Source of the DNA: Felis catus
Lineage: Eukaryota
Direction: 5' to 3'
Assembly: GCF_018350175.1 (NCBI RefSeq)
Contig: NC_058383.1
Span: 28,398,001 to 28,462,000, forward strand
Length of the DNA: 64,000 nt
Shown here: one piece after another, positions 9,976 through 22,806 of the stretch
How the letters are laid out: each line of letters begins with the position of its first letter
Position numbering within the stretch: the first letter of the stretch is position 1
The notes under the pieces: model-generated
Seen by the model: only the letters and a program-made list of their open reading frames with translations
What the model was told of the DNA's origin: nothing
The model's database searches: none
Made by a program: the position numbers and the translations under genes

Positions 9976-12004
9976 CCTTTCTTGACAGTTTTATTTTGGA
10001 GGAGGAAGGGTCTCTTCTTTCTTCAGCACATCGGGGCCAAGCAGGCGGACGCCCTGTTGGAAATTGAAATGGATTTCCGTGTAATTCTCAAATCAGATCC
10101 GTGTGAGATTTTTCCGGAAAACCAAGTCCGCTGTTGAATCCGCTGGAATCCTAGAATGTCATGAGCAAGTTTGGAAATCCTCCACACCGGACTTCACAAA
10201 CCTCCGTTTTCCCATCTGAAAAATGGGGGTGGGGTGGGGGAGAATAGCTCACGTTTGGTGAGCACTTTGGCCAGTCGACACGCTGAGCCCTTAACTGGCA
10301 TCATGTTACCATCTTCGCAACAACCCTTGGGAGTAGATACTGTTGTTGGCCCCTTTTTACTACTGTGGTCTGAATAACTTGCTCAGGATAGCTTGACTGG
10401 CCCAGGAGGAAGACTGGATCCTGCAGATCTAGCTCTTTGTAACTCTAGAGCCCGAGGGATTACCCTGTCGGGAGGATTAAGTGGGAAAATGCACACGAAG
10501 GGGGTAGCATCGCCTGGCCTCTGCCTCACTTCAGTGGGCGATTATTTATCACGTACGTGCCCAGAGACCTTAAGGATTGTGCTTCATGTGGCACAGCTGG
10601 TACTTAGCAGAATCAGAAAGCCTATCGTGTGACCTTTGTGTCAAGGAGAAACTTGTCCCTTATTTTCCTTTTGTGTCCTGCCTCCATAATCCCAATCCCT
10701 ATTTGGCACGAAGGTGGTAGTTAGAACCTTCCACTTGAAGATGGCCACACTTGCTCCCCTACGCCAGGCACATCGCAAATTCCAGTTCTACTAGCCCATT
10801 TGTGATTCATTTCGGGCCATCATGGCATCCTGGAAGGGCTCACCTAGGAATGGGAACCTATCTGGCTTTTCAGGTGGCTCTTTGGCTCCCTGGGGTCTCT
10901 CCGCCTTCCTCCTCTGACCTTTAAACAGTTGAGCTATGGCCACACGTTGGAGGAAAGGCTGAGTTCGGAGAAGGCCAAGCGGGAATTTGCAGGAATTTTG
11001 TAAGGCTCAGGTGAGGGAGAAACTAGTTAGTGCTGTCCATTGCTCCTGCACGGGGGAGTCCCGTATCTTGAACCTGCATTAGTGATTCAAGGGTTTGGAT
11101 GGAACAGCCCTCATCAAAGTCCCCAAGAAAGGGCCCACAGGACTCAACCCCTGCTCACTCATGCAGGCTTGAACTTGCCCCATTACTATACCTGTTCCTT
11201 CCTTCCCCTGGTGAAGCGAACCGTGGAGCAGATGACGTATAATCTCAAAAGGAACCTCAGTCTGAGACCGCTGGGTCCTGATCTGGGGTCACGATTGCCA
11301 GTCCCCCGTCTCCTCGTAGAATGCCTGTCTCCCTGAGCCCCTTCCTCCTTGCCCTCTCGATTCTTTCTTACCCCTAGGTGTAATCACGGTCAGTGTATTC
11401 TTGGGTATCTTTCCAAAACTTTGCTATGTCGAATTTCCTTTTTTTCAGAAAAAAAAAAAAAAAAAAAAACCTGGCATTCCAGACATTAGGATTTTTTTTT
11501 GCCCACTTAATCGTAGATCTTCAACATCTTTCTCTATCGGCATGTTCTGGCATGTTTAAAAATCAGCTGTATAATCCTCTAGTATTGGAAAGTACAGCTT
11601 CTTACTGAAATAACCCCTTATGGAAACATACCAGCTGCTCCCCATCACTTAGAGTGTTTCAGGGAACATCCTATATCTATTTTTGTCTAATTACATGAAT
11701 TTATCTGTAAGATCAATTCCCAGCAATGCGATGGCCAAGTCAAAGGGCACGCGCATTTAAAATGGATAGATATTGAGAAATGTCTGTCACATTCGAGACT
11801 GTACATTAATTGTAAGCACGTTATGCCAGGGCGGGAAGATACAAAATACCCTGGGGCTTTGAGGGCCGGAAATGACCAGTTCTCTCTTTCCCAAAAGTGT
11901 TCTTCATAGGAGCTATATCGTGTCTCTTGCTAACCAAGTTCTCTTGGTAGGAGAGAAAAATAATTTCACTCTACTAACTAAAAAAAACTTCCTTCTGGAG
12001 TTAC

Positions 12005-12227
12005 TTTATTTATTTCTTAATGTTTATTTATTTTTGAGAGACACAGAGAGAGAGAGGCAGCATGAGCCGGGGAGGGGCAGAGAGAGGGGGAGACACAGAA
12101 TCCAAAGCAGGCTCCCGACTCCAAGCTGTCGGCACAGAGCCCGAAGTGGGGCTTGAACTCATAAACTGTGAGATCATGACCTGAGCCGAAGTCAGACCCT
12201 TAACCGACTGAGCCACCCAGGTGCCCC
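12005..12227 (-). mobile_element. Can-SINE
   Basis: Full element, TSD ggagttacttta. Confidence 0.92.
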
Positions 12228-13837
12228 GGAGTTACTTTAAACACAGTATTTAAGTCAGGGGAGATGTCCCAAAGCAACAGTGAAATGGTCCACTGCTCGC
12301 CTTTTTCCAGTTAAGGTGAAGTCGGGCTTCCTTGGGATCACACCCTGGGGAGGTGGGGGGTGGTATGATTGATGGGGGGAGTGCGGAGGGGGCCAGGCCT
12401 TGAAGCAAGCAAGAGCTTTTCTGCTAAGAGTAGATTGGGCATCGGGTGAATCTGGGTTTAAATCCCGACTCCAGCTTTTGCAAGAGAAGGCTTTTAATTT
12501 AGTTTACTTTCCAGGACCTCTGTAATCTTACAGGAATAATAAATTATGCTCACCTTGCTGAACACTTAGGACACATAGCAAGCTGGGGTATTTAATCAAT
12601 GGCCTGGCCCGATACCCCATGAGTAGAAGAGGCCCAGTAATTACAGTGGCTATTACCAATAACAGATTTAGAATCCAATTGTCTCATGCAGACAGCTTGG
12701 GGCAGAGAGAACTGATGCATCTAGGGATCCTGGATCCTCTCCTGTTTCCCTCTACACGCCCGGCTCCTTCCACACCTGCCCCAGGACTTGAACTAGCTTC
12801 TCCGATGCGGAGGTCCTTCCAGCTGGTGGACTGTGTCCTAGACCGGGCTCAGAGGGCGTTCATTTTGTCTGCACAGCGCTTAAACTGTGCGATGATTTGA
12901 CTTGAGTGGCGGCTGTTTCACACCTAAAGTCAGACTTCTGGGTCGACTGCAAGCCTGGAAGTTCAGGGTCCACATACTCATGAGGTGACCCCGGCTGGAG
13001 TGAAGGAGCTACCACCATCTCTAGGCGGGGCAAGAGGGCTCTCGGCCCAATTGCTCCCGTGACCCCTGGGGACACTTAGGTTTGTGTCTGTGGTCCAAGC
13101 TCTTGAGCCGGCCGCTTGGCAATAAAGTCTTCAGGGAAGCTGTCGACCAGGCGTGATGATGTGCAAATCCTATACTATTCGGGCCCTGGGGTATTTGATT
13201 CATTTTTTATTAGTGCAGAAGCAGAAAGGGCAGGATCTTTTTACCCCTGCGTCCCTCTGGGGAAGATAAAGCTGATGTTAAAACACACCAAGCTGAACGG
13301 TCTTGTGTGGTCCGATCCCAGCCCTTTGATACGGAATCACAGATATCATAGAATGTCAATGTCAGGCCAGCCCACTTTCTCCCCCCAGATGAAACATGCA
13401 AGGCTCAGAGGGGGAGAGTGGCTTGGCCACAGGCACCCCGCGAATTCGTGGCGGAACTGGGACTTGTAACCGGGTGGTTTCACAGAGGCTGAAGAACGGC
13501 ATGTTTGTGCTGAAAGAATGAAGCTGTGTGGTGTTGGCGGGGAAATCAGGACCGCGTGCACAGCGGACACACTGAGCCGTGTCGTGTCACACGTTTCTGG
13601 CCTCATTGCCACAGAGCCCTTTGTTTTCATCAAAAAGTTTGAGAGCACCCCTCGATCCCTGAAGCGTCCTTAAGTGTCCGTCTGTCCTTCGTAATACCCC
13701 TGCAGGTGCCCCTTCGACCCCCGACATCTGGGCGTCTGCGTCTTGTCTTGGGATGTGTTCACTGCCCCCGTGTCACCTCCAGCAGTTGGCCTTCCAGGCC
13801 TTAACTGTCTTCCACAGAGAGTCCTGGGTTTTCTTCT

Positions 13838-14290
13838 AAAGCAGTGGTTCTCACCGGGGACGATGTCGCCCCACCCCCCCAGGAGACATCTGGCAATGTC
13901 CAGAGGCCTTTGGGTTGTTAAAACTGGCAGGGCCGGGGGCACATAGGTGGCTCAGTTGGTTCAAGAGTCCGACTTCAGCTCAGGTCATGATTTCACGGTT
14001 CGTGGGTTCGAGCCCCGCGTCGGGCTCTGTGCTGACAGCTCAGAGCCTGGAGCCTGCTTCGGATTCTGTGTCTTCCTCTCTCTCTGCCCTTCCCCCACTC
14101 GCACTTTGTCTCTGTCTTTCTCAAAAATTAATAAACATTTAAAAAAAAACTGACAAGGGGAGGAGTTACTGGCATCTAGTAAGTACAGGACAGGGACACT
14201 GTAAACAGCCTAGAATGCATAAGACAGCCCCTCCCCCAACAAAGACTGACCGGCCTCAAGCGTCCATGGTGTCAAGATTGAAAACCCCTA
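13838..14290. mobile_element. MER20 DNA transposon interrupted by a + strand Can-SINE (~13935-14149)
   Basis: cagtggttctcacc...gacatctggcaatgtcc ... tactggcatctagtaagta...gattgaaaaccccta. Confidence 0.8.
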
Positions 14291-14294
14291 CTTG

Positions 14295-14525
14295 AGGGGC
14301 GCCTGGGTGGCTGAGTCGGTTAAGCATCCGGCTTCCGCTCAGGTCATGATCTCGTGGTCTGTGAGTTCGAGCCCCGCATCGGGCTCTGCACTGGTGGTGT
14401 GGAACCTGCTTGGGATTCTCTCTTTCTCTCCCTCTCTCTGCCCTTCCCCCACTTGTGCTCTCTGTCTTTGTCTCTCTCTCGCTCTCTGTCTCTCTCAAAA
14501 TAAATAAATAAACTTAAAAAAGAAA
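14295..14525 (+). mobile_element. Can-SINE
   Basis: Head, CT tract, A tail. Confidence 0.9.
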
Positions 14526-15109
14526 ACAAAACCGAAAAACCTCCTTGGAAGTAAGGACCACAACAGGGAACAGGAGACCAGGTTTTGTTTCCGCTTAGCA
14601 CAAGGAGAGTCCTCTGACTGGAACTGGGCCCCTGATCATTGCTGTTACTTTGCAAGCTACTTTTTATTTTCTTCCTCCCAGTGCCTCCCCTAATGCCCCA
14701 CCTGGGACTTTTTTACCTGGTTGTCACCGTCCCAAATCTTTGAAAACTCAAGGCTCTGGGTGCATGCTGAGGCACGTCCTTATAACGATTAAGCCAAATT
14801 ATCCGGAGCCTTCTACACTGATCCAGGATGTTTCTTGGGTGTGCCTGCATTTCCTGTCCTCAAATGTTCTGCCTGTTTCAAAGAAGACAAAGCAGGAAAG
14901 ATCACCTTGAAAATACACCTTTATTCAGGTTCCACCATAGCTGGCTGTGCCATGATGGGCAAGTTACTTAACCTCTCTGTGCCTCCGTATCCTCGTCTGT
15001 AAACCAGAGTTGATGGTGCACCCTGTAGTGTTTCTGAGGGGATTAAAGGAGACCATAGCTGGCACCCAATAAAGATTTAGCGGCTCTGATTACTAATATT
15101 AATATTATT

Positions 15110-15335
15110 ATTTTTTTATTTTTTTATTTTTTCAACGTTTATTTATTTTTGGGACAGAGAGAGACAGAGCATGAACGGGGGAGGGGCAGAGAGAGAGGGA
15201 GACACAGAATCGGAAACAGGCTCCAGGCTCTGAGCCATCAGCCCAGAGCCTGACGCGGGGCTCGAACTCACGGACCGCGAGATCGTGACCTGGCTGAAGT
15301 CGGACGCTTAACCGACTGCGCCACCCAGGCGCCCC
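15110..15335 (-). mobile_element. Young Can-SINE (SINEC_Fc)
   Basis: CpGs intact; perfect TSD actaatattaatattatta. Confidence 0.95.
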
Positions 15336-16074
15336 ACTAATATTAATATTATTAACTTGCTAGGCTCACTACATTTTCTCAAGGGCATATTTGTGAGATT
15401 TCATCGGTGTTTGGTGGGAAAAGAGGTCTGTGGCCAAATGTTTTGGGGAGCCTTGGGTCTAAAGGAGTAAAATCGCTTTCGGGTTTTAGGACCTGCCAAA
15501 GTCTTGGATGTCCTGATACTGTCCTGCCTTTCCATGCACAGGTGGGGGGTGGGGATGTGGGTGGGGCGGGGGTGGGGGGAGGGAGCACTTTGCCAGTGGA
15601 TTTAACCGCAGAGTCGTTTTCTTTCGAAGAGTATCTCAATCTCCCTGAATCCCACCCAACTCCCACCCCTTAATATTTCAAGGGATTAGGGTTCCAGGGA
15701 GCACACTCTGGGAAATGCTGTTCTCGGGTGAAGCCGGGCTTCCTCTTGCCTGTGACCAAAGCAGGTTTCGTGCATCGTAACTGTCAGAAACAGCAAAGCC
15801 CTGAGAAGCCAGCCAGCTTCTCTGTCTCCTTTTTTGGACAGAGACGGACTCTTTACACTCGGTCTTGTTTGTGTTTTTGATTCTTAGATTAGACAGAGTT
15901 CCTGGCGACGGCGATTCCTGTGTCCTTGTATTTTTCTGTTGTGTTTTTTGGTGTTTTTCTGACTTTTAAGGCAGCTGACCAACATTGCAATTAGAAGGAA
16001 CCCAGTTCATTGACATGTTGCTCAGAACTTTCCCCCGAGCCCTCTTGAGTATATTTAGAAACTATTTTATAATT

Positions 16075-19000
16075 TTTAGTTGATTGATTGAGTGAGTGAT
16101 TGAACCGGCGGGGGAGGGGTCGGGGGGGGCGCGGTTAGGGGACCGAGGATCCGAAGCGGGCTCTGTGCTCACAACAGACAGCCCGATGCGGGGCTCGAAC
16201 CCACCAACCGTGAGATCATGACCTGAGCTGAAATTGGATGCTTAACCGACTCAGCCACCCAGGTGCCCCTTGGTACTATTTTAAAAATGCTTCATTGCAC
16301 ACTAACAAGTGTACTTAACACTATTGAACTGTGCACTCAAATGGTTAAGGTGGTCAATTTTATGTAATGTGTGTTTTAGCATAAAGAAGAAAAAAGGAAA
16401 CCAGAAGGTTTCATGGAAGTGAATACTTTGTATCAGAAAAGTGCACGGGGGGCCGCCTTGGATACTTTGTATCAGAAAAGTGCACGGGGGGCCGCCTTGG
16501 TAGCTCAGCGGGTTAAGTGTCCAACTCTTGATTTCCACTCCGGTCGTATCTCCAGGTTTGAGAGTTTGAGCCCCAGATTACGCTCTGAGCTGACAGTGCA
16601 GAGCCTGCTTGGGATTTTCTCTCTGTTCCTCTCTCTCTGCCCCTCTCCCACTCTCTCTCAAAATAAATAAATAAACTTAAAAAAAAAAAATGGCAGCAGA
16701 ACATCAGCCCCGTAAGCCCCCCTCGGCTTCTGTTCTTCCAGTTAAGACATCTGACTTGTGTCACCATAGGGACATTTTTGCTTGGTTTTGAACCCTCCTA
16801 TAAACAGAATCACGTAGTATGTCCTTTTTTTGCGTTTGCCTTCTTGGTTCAAATGTGCACGTGAGGCACTGTGTTGGGTACCTGCTAGGGTCGGTTCACT
16901 TATTGCAAATTCTCCGTCGAGCTTCTGCCAAGCCCATCGGGCTCAGGTGGGAGGCAAGGGCAGGGGCTGTGGAATCAGACGTGGGCTCAGAACCTGGCTC
17001 TCTTACCGTTGAGCTGTGTGACCTCAGGCAGATGCCGTCACCTCTCTGGGCCTCTGTGTCCGTATCTGTTAGGGGGAGCTGCCCGTAAGGCGAGATTCCC
17101 AACAGCGTGCTGATGTTACTTGCTGACCCCGCTGTGAGTGTTGACTATCCCTGCTGGTATTCAGAAGACTTGGCCCCGGCAATGACCTAAGGGCCAAGTG
17201 GGAGGCGTGTGACAGCGATATGGCTTACACACGGAAGACAGTGGCACGCAGGTGATAGAGTAGCATTTTTCCTTTTTTTTTTATTTTTTTTTTTAACATT
17301 TATTTATTTTTGAGACAGAGACAAAGCATGAACGGGGGAGGGTCAGAGAGAGGGAGACACAGAATCTGAAACAGGCTCTAGGCTCTGAGCTGTCAGCACA
17401 GAGCCGACGCGGGGCTCGAACTCACGGACCGCGAGATCATGACCTGAGCTGAAGTCGGCCGCTTAACTGACTGAGCCACCCAGGCGCCCCAGCATTTTTC
17501 CTTTTAAAGAAAAAGGTCAAGTGTGCAGAAGTCAATGCAACAGCGTAACCCACCTGAGGCACCTCATCCCTCAACCCCAGGTTTGTTACTTCAGATACAA
17601 CTCCTTCCCACTGGCTCTGAAAAGAAGGCACCCTAAATACATTTTAAAAGTTTACTCATTTAAGTGATCTCTACGCCCAGGGTGGGGCTCGAACTCGTGA
17701 CCCTGAGATCAAGAGTTGCGTGCTCTTCTGACTGAGCCAGCCAGGCGCCCCGGAAGGGACCCTAAATAGATAGAACCACAGAGCCATTGTCACATCGAAG
17801 AATTTAACAGATTCCCTAATATAAAGGATATTGTTAATGTTGAATTTTTCTTGATTATCTCCTACATTTTTCTTTCTGGAGGCATGGGTCGGGACTTTGT
17901 TTTTTCTTACAACCGCATTCGCTTTCTCAAAACTTTCCGTGTGAGGGATGGTTTTTTATTTTATTTTATTTTTTTAAGGTTTCTTTATTTTTTTGAGAGA
18001 GCGCAAGCAGGGGAGGGATAGAGAGAGAGGGGGACAGAGGATCTAAAGCGGGCTCTGTGCTGATGGCAGAGAGCCTGGGGTGGGGCTCGAACTCATGAAC
18101 CGTGAGATGGTGACCTTAGCCGAAGTCAGAAGGTCAACCGACTGAGCCACCCGGGAGCCCCAGGGGTGGCTTTTTAAAAATGTGAAATGTGCCCTTGCTT
18201 CTGATTTGCCCTGTATGTGTGCGTTGTGGGGAGAGAATGTGTGTTTCTTCCCCTTCCTCTCTCCCTGTTAGTCTTTTATTGTCCTTGTTTGACTTTTTCA
18301 TTGTGAATACGTTCCAACATATGCCCAAGTAGAGAGGTCACTAGGACACCCCCCCCCCAGGCACCTAGCACTCCACTTTGGTAATGATCAAACTGGGCTT
18401 TGTTTGTCTTCATCTCCCACTTTTCCTCTGTGTCTCAGAACCCCCGCCCCCCCCAACTGCTTCTAGTTTATAAATTTCTCTCCTTTTTTTTCTGTATGTT
18501 CTTAAGGAAATGGAGTCATTTGTCTTATGCTTTCCCACCTGTGGATTTCATTGCACCCCCCCCCTTCCCCCCATGACAGTATATAGTGTGTTCCCTGTGC
18601 CTCGTGTTTCCTGGGGTGTTGGACCCAGAGGCTTTGCCCGCTTTGGCCCCCATCCCCAGCCCTTTTCCTTTCTAGAAGAATATTTCCTTCTTCCATAGAA
18701 AGTAGAGGCACTTTCTATGGCATCCCATCTGGGGGCACATCGTTCTGATCAACTCCTTACTGTGATGGTTAATGTTAATTAACACGTTTAGGTGACCCCC
18801 TCCTGATGTATCCATGATGAAGTGCTCTATCCACTTTTCATCTTACACCGTGGGTCTGAAAGTATAGACCCCAGACCCACATTCCTCATCATCACCCAGG
18901 AACTTGTTAAAAATGCCAATCCGGGGGTGCAAGTGAGAGAGGGGCAGAGAGAGAGAGAGAGCATCCCAAGAGGGACAGAGGGAGAGAGAGAGGCAGAGAG

Positions 19001-19118
19001 AGAGAGAGAGAAGCCAGGCTTGAGCTCGAGCTCGAGACGTGGGACTCGAACTCATGAACTGTGAGATCATGACCCGAGCCGAAGTCAGATGCTTGATGAC
19101 TGAGCCACCCAGGTGCCC
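16075..19118. mobile_element. Can-SINE cluster: ~16075-16268(-), 16486-16690(+), 17272-17490(-), short 17640-17750(-), 17952-18160(-), 18925-19118(-)
   Basis: Recognisable heads and tails for each; TSD agcatttttccttt around 17272-17490. Confidence 0.88.
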
Positions 19119-20169
19119 TAGACGGGAGTATTTTTTAACGTCAGTTTAAAGTGAGGTTTTGGTGGGGGGAGTGGGGATGCTCTTGGGATGATGTCCTAAG
19201 CAAAACCCGTAAGAATTTAAAAATGCAGGTAATGTGATTGTTAAACCCAGGGCCATGTGTCTGTCTGCAATTCTTTGTTTCACTCCTTTTGAATGATGAA
19301 GTGATTATTCAGATTTGGGGAATAATTTGCTCATTTCTCCATCTTGTTAAAAATGAACTACTAGATCATGACTCAGGGGAAAAGTAACCACCCCCTCTGA
19401 GCTTATCAGTTTCTTATCATTGTTATTTTCACCCCTGAAGGAGAAGAGGGGAGGTCAGAGTACTTGCCTGTCCTTTCCTGCCTTGTAGTCTGTGTCTCAG
19501 GAGTTGGCTGCCCATTTGTGAGATGTGGGGGTTATTTTGGTGAACTCAAAGGAGCTGTGAATTCTTCTCTGCTGAAGTAGGGCGTCAACCACACAGTATG
19601 TCCTGGTGGCCATACATCCTAACTCAGCCTATGTCTTAGTTCCTGGAGGCACAGCAGCAGTGGGTGGGGGAGGACCGCTGGGGCAGGTGGGAGGAGCTGG
19701 CTGGCAGCAAATGTTACTAGGGCAGGGGCAGCTCCTGCAGGAATGGTCTGGAATGGGCTGCTAGACAGAACATTAAGAATCTGTTGCCTCAGCACCTGCC
19801 TCGTGGACACATCCAGACGGTGGGAGGAAGAATGGGCTCCTCATGTGGACAGGACGGTCACTGACTTGGAGTTGTACATACAGACTTTGTCAAATACTTA
19901 GTGACCTCGAGGAACTAAGGGAAGTCAGAATCAAGGTTTTGCTTCCCTCCCCCCCCCCCCCCATTCGTTACCAGTTTGCAAAATAACGTCTTGGTTCCCC
20001 AGCATCTTACCTGGCTGGTCTTTAACATTTATTTTAATCATCATGCCTCATGGGTTTAAACGTATTCGTCTCTCCATTCTTACCTTTACGTTTCTTACTG
20101 ATGTTCAAACTCTGCCATATTGGACCAGATAGAACCATAGTTTAATATTTTAGCATACAATATTCTAGA

Positions 20170-20630
20170 CTAATTTTTTAAGTAATCTCTACACCCAACG
20201 TGGGGCTCGAACTGAGATCAAGGGTCGCACGCTCCACCGGCTGAGTCAGCCAGGTGTCCCAGTGTTCTAGAATTTTATTTTTATTTTTTAATGTTATTAA
20301 TTAATTAATTAATTTATTTATTTATTTATTTTTGAGAGAGCGAGAGAGAGAACACAAGCAAGGGAGGGACAGAGAGAGAGGGAGACACAGAATCTGAATT
20401 AGGCTCCAGGCTCCGAGCTGTCAGCACAGAGCCCGACGCGGGGCTCGAACCCACAAACTGTGAGATCGTGACCTGAGCTGAAGCTGGACGTTTAACCACC
20501 TGAGCCACCCACGCGCCCCTATAGTGTTCTAGACTATTTTTTTTAAGTACTCTCTACACCCAATGTGGGGCTCAAACTCACAGCCCTGAGATCGAGGGTC
20601 GCATGCTCCACCAACTGAACCAGCTAGGCT
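20170..20630 (-). mobile_element. Three tandem Can-SINEs (short, full, short)
   Basis: Two short tRNA-like monomers (20170-20260, 20536-20630) flank a full element (20272-20519). Confidence 0.85.
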
Positions 20631-20654
20631 CAGTGTTGTAGACATTTAAACATG

Positions 20655-20657
<3 letters not shown>

Positions 20658-20696
<39 letters not shown>
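20658..20696. repeat. (CA)n microsatellite
   Basis: Direct reading. Confidence 0.95.
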
Positions 20697-20698
<2 letters not shown>

Positions 20699-20734
20699 AT
20701 TATAAATATATTTATTATAAATATTTCAATCAGC

Positions 20735-22790
20735 TTTACTACGATATAATCTACATACAGTAAAACTCACCATTTTTTTAAAAATTCACTGGCTTTTAAG
20801 TATGCATACAGCCCAGTGAGTTTTGAGAAATGTACCGATGTGTAATCACCACCGTGATGAGAGTATAGAAAATGTTCCTCCCTCCTCCGAGAGTTCCTTT
20901 GTGCCTCTTGGCAGTCCGTTCCCCTCCCTGTGCTGGGAGCTAGCTACTGATCTGCTTTCTGTCGTAGTGGTTTTGCCGTTTCTTGACTTGTAGGTCAGTG
21001 AAGTCATTGAGCCTTTTGGGTCTGGCTTCTTGGGCTCTGCATAATGCTTTTGAGATTTGTCTGTTTTTTCCCCCGCTGAGTATTCTATTTGTACATAATT
21101 GTTAAAGCATCTTTCGATGTTTATTTTGAGAGAGAGAGCGTGTGTGCGTGAGCACCGGAGGAGGTGAGAGGCAGAGAGAGAAGGAGAGAGAGAATTCCAA
21201 GTAGGCTCCACACTTTGTGCTGAGCACAGAGCCCCGACGTGGGGCTCATTCTCCCGGCCGAGAGATCATGACCTGAGCCGAAATCAAGAGTCGGACGCTT
21301 AACCAACTGAGCCACCCAGGTGCCCCTGTACATAATTTTAACTTGGACATACATCACGAATAGCTTTGCACGATCAGTGGTCACCTATTGTACGATTCCA
21401 TTGATAGGAAATGTGTAGGAGAGACAAAGCCCTAGAGACAGAGAGAAGATGAGTGGGTGCCAGGGACTGGGGATGGAAACGGGGAATGTGGGCAGACCAG
21501 CGCAAGGGATGCCTTTTTTGGGGTGATGGGAATGTTCCAAATTTCGTTGTAGTGATAGATGCACAAGTCTGTAAATTTGCTAGAAGTCACTGAATTGTAC
21601 GTTTACAGGAGAGAATTTTATGCCATGGGAGTGGCCCTTGGATGAATAGGGTAAAAAGAAAAGGGTGAAATTTTGGCATAAACGCAAGCCACAGCCTTGT
21701 GCGTCTCTTAGCCCTTGTCTGTTGCCTTAGGCTGAACTAGTAGCAATGGAATTGCACGTGAAAGGGTTTGCAGAGATGCTAAGGTTTTTCCATCCATAAG
21801 GGTGGCCTGTGCAGAGGCCCAGCCCCTCCGATGCCTGACAACACTGGGAATTACTGATAGTTTTCATCTCAGCCAAGCTGATAGGAGAAAGTCAGCATCT
21901 CACTGCTTTCAGATTCTTTACTGGCGAGGTCGAGCACCTTTTTCTCATTGTAGTGGCCGTTGGAAGCTTTTTGTAAAAAACAAAAACAAAAACAAAACCC
22001 GATTTTTGTTGATCATAAGTTTAACAAAAAATTAGGGAACCACAAATAGGGTAGGGGCGCCTGGGTGGCCCAGTCGGTGGAGCATCCAACTTCAGCTCAG
22101 GTCATGAACTCGCGGTTCATGAGTTCGAGCCCCGCGTCGGGCTCTGTGCTGACGGCTCGGAGCCTGGAGCCCACTTCGGTTTCTGTGTCTCCCTCTCTCT
22201 CTCCTCCTCCCCCGCTCACTCCCTGTCTCTCCCTCAAAAGTAAACACTTTGAAAAATTAAAAAGCTACAAAGACAGTAAAAATACATAATTAAAAGTATA
22301 CCCATGTTCACAGTAGCATTATTCACAATAGCTAAAACATGGAGGCCAGTCAGGCGCCTATCAACAAACCAACGGAGGAGCCAAATAGGGTGTATACATC
22401 CTGAGGAATAGTATTCCGCCTTGAAGAGGAAGGGAATTCTGACACATTTGCCAGCCTAGAAGAACTCTGAGGACATGATGCTGAGGCCAGTCACCAAAAG
22501 ACAAACACCACTTGTACAAGGAACTTAGGGCAGGCAGAGTCCTAGAGACGGGAAGTAGAATGCTGGTTGCCGGGGGCCGGGGGAGGGGAGTGGGGAGTTA
22601 GCGTTTCCTGGGGACAGGGTTGCAGTTCTGCACGATGTAAAAAGTTCTCAAGGTGGATGGGGGTGACGGTTACACCCCAGTATGAATGCACTTCATGCCG
22701 CTGAACTGCAATGACCCTTAAAAATGGTTGATAGCAAATTTTGTGCTATGTATATTTTACCACGATGGAAAAAACTGGGAAAAAATGATA
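20735..22790. mobile_element. Patchwork of old L1M 3' ends (20735-21095 -, 21385-21660 +, 22295-22790 +) with Can-SINEs (21115-21326 -, 22054-22260 +)
   Basis: L1 3' motifs such as atgttcacagtagcattattcacaatagc and gggtgatgggaatgttcc. Confidence 0.75.
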
Positions 22791-22806
22791 GAGAGTGAAA
22801 AATCCC

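Noticed and set aside
12028..12216. Recurrent MAQSVKRPTSAQVMISR-type ORFs throughout the window
   Set aside because: Translations of Can-SINE bodies, not a gene family.
17640..17750. tRNA-like sequences (also 20170-20260 and 20536-20630)
   Set aside because: Short tRNA-derived Can-SINE monomers with A tails and degenerate stems, not tRNA genes.
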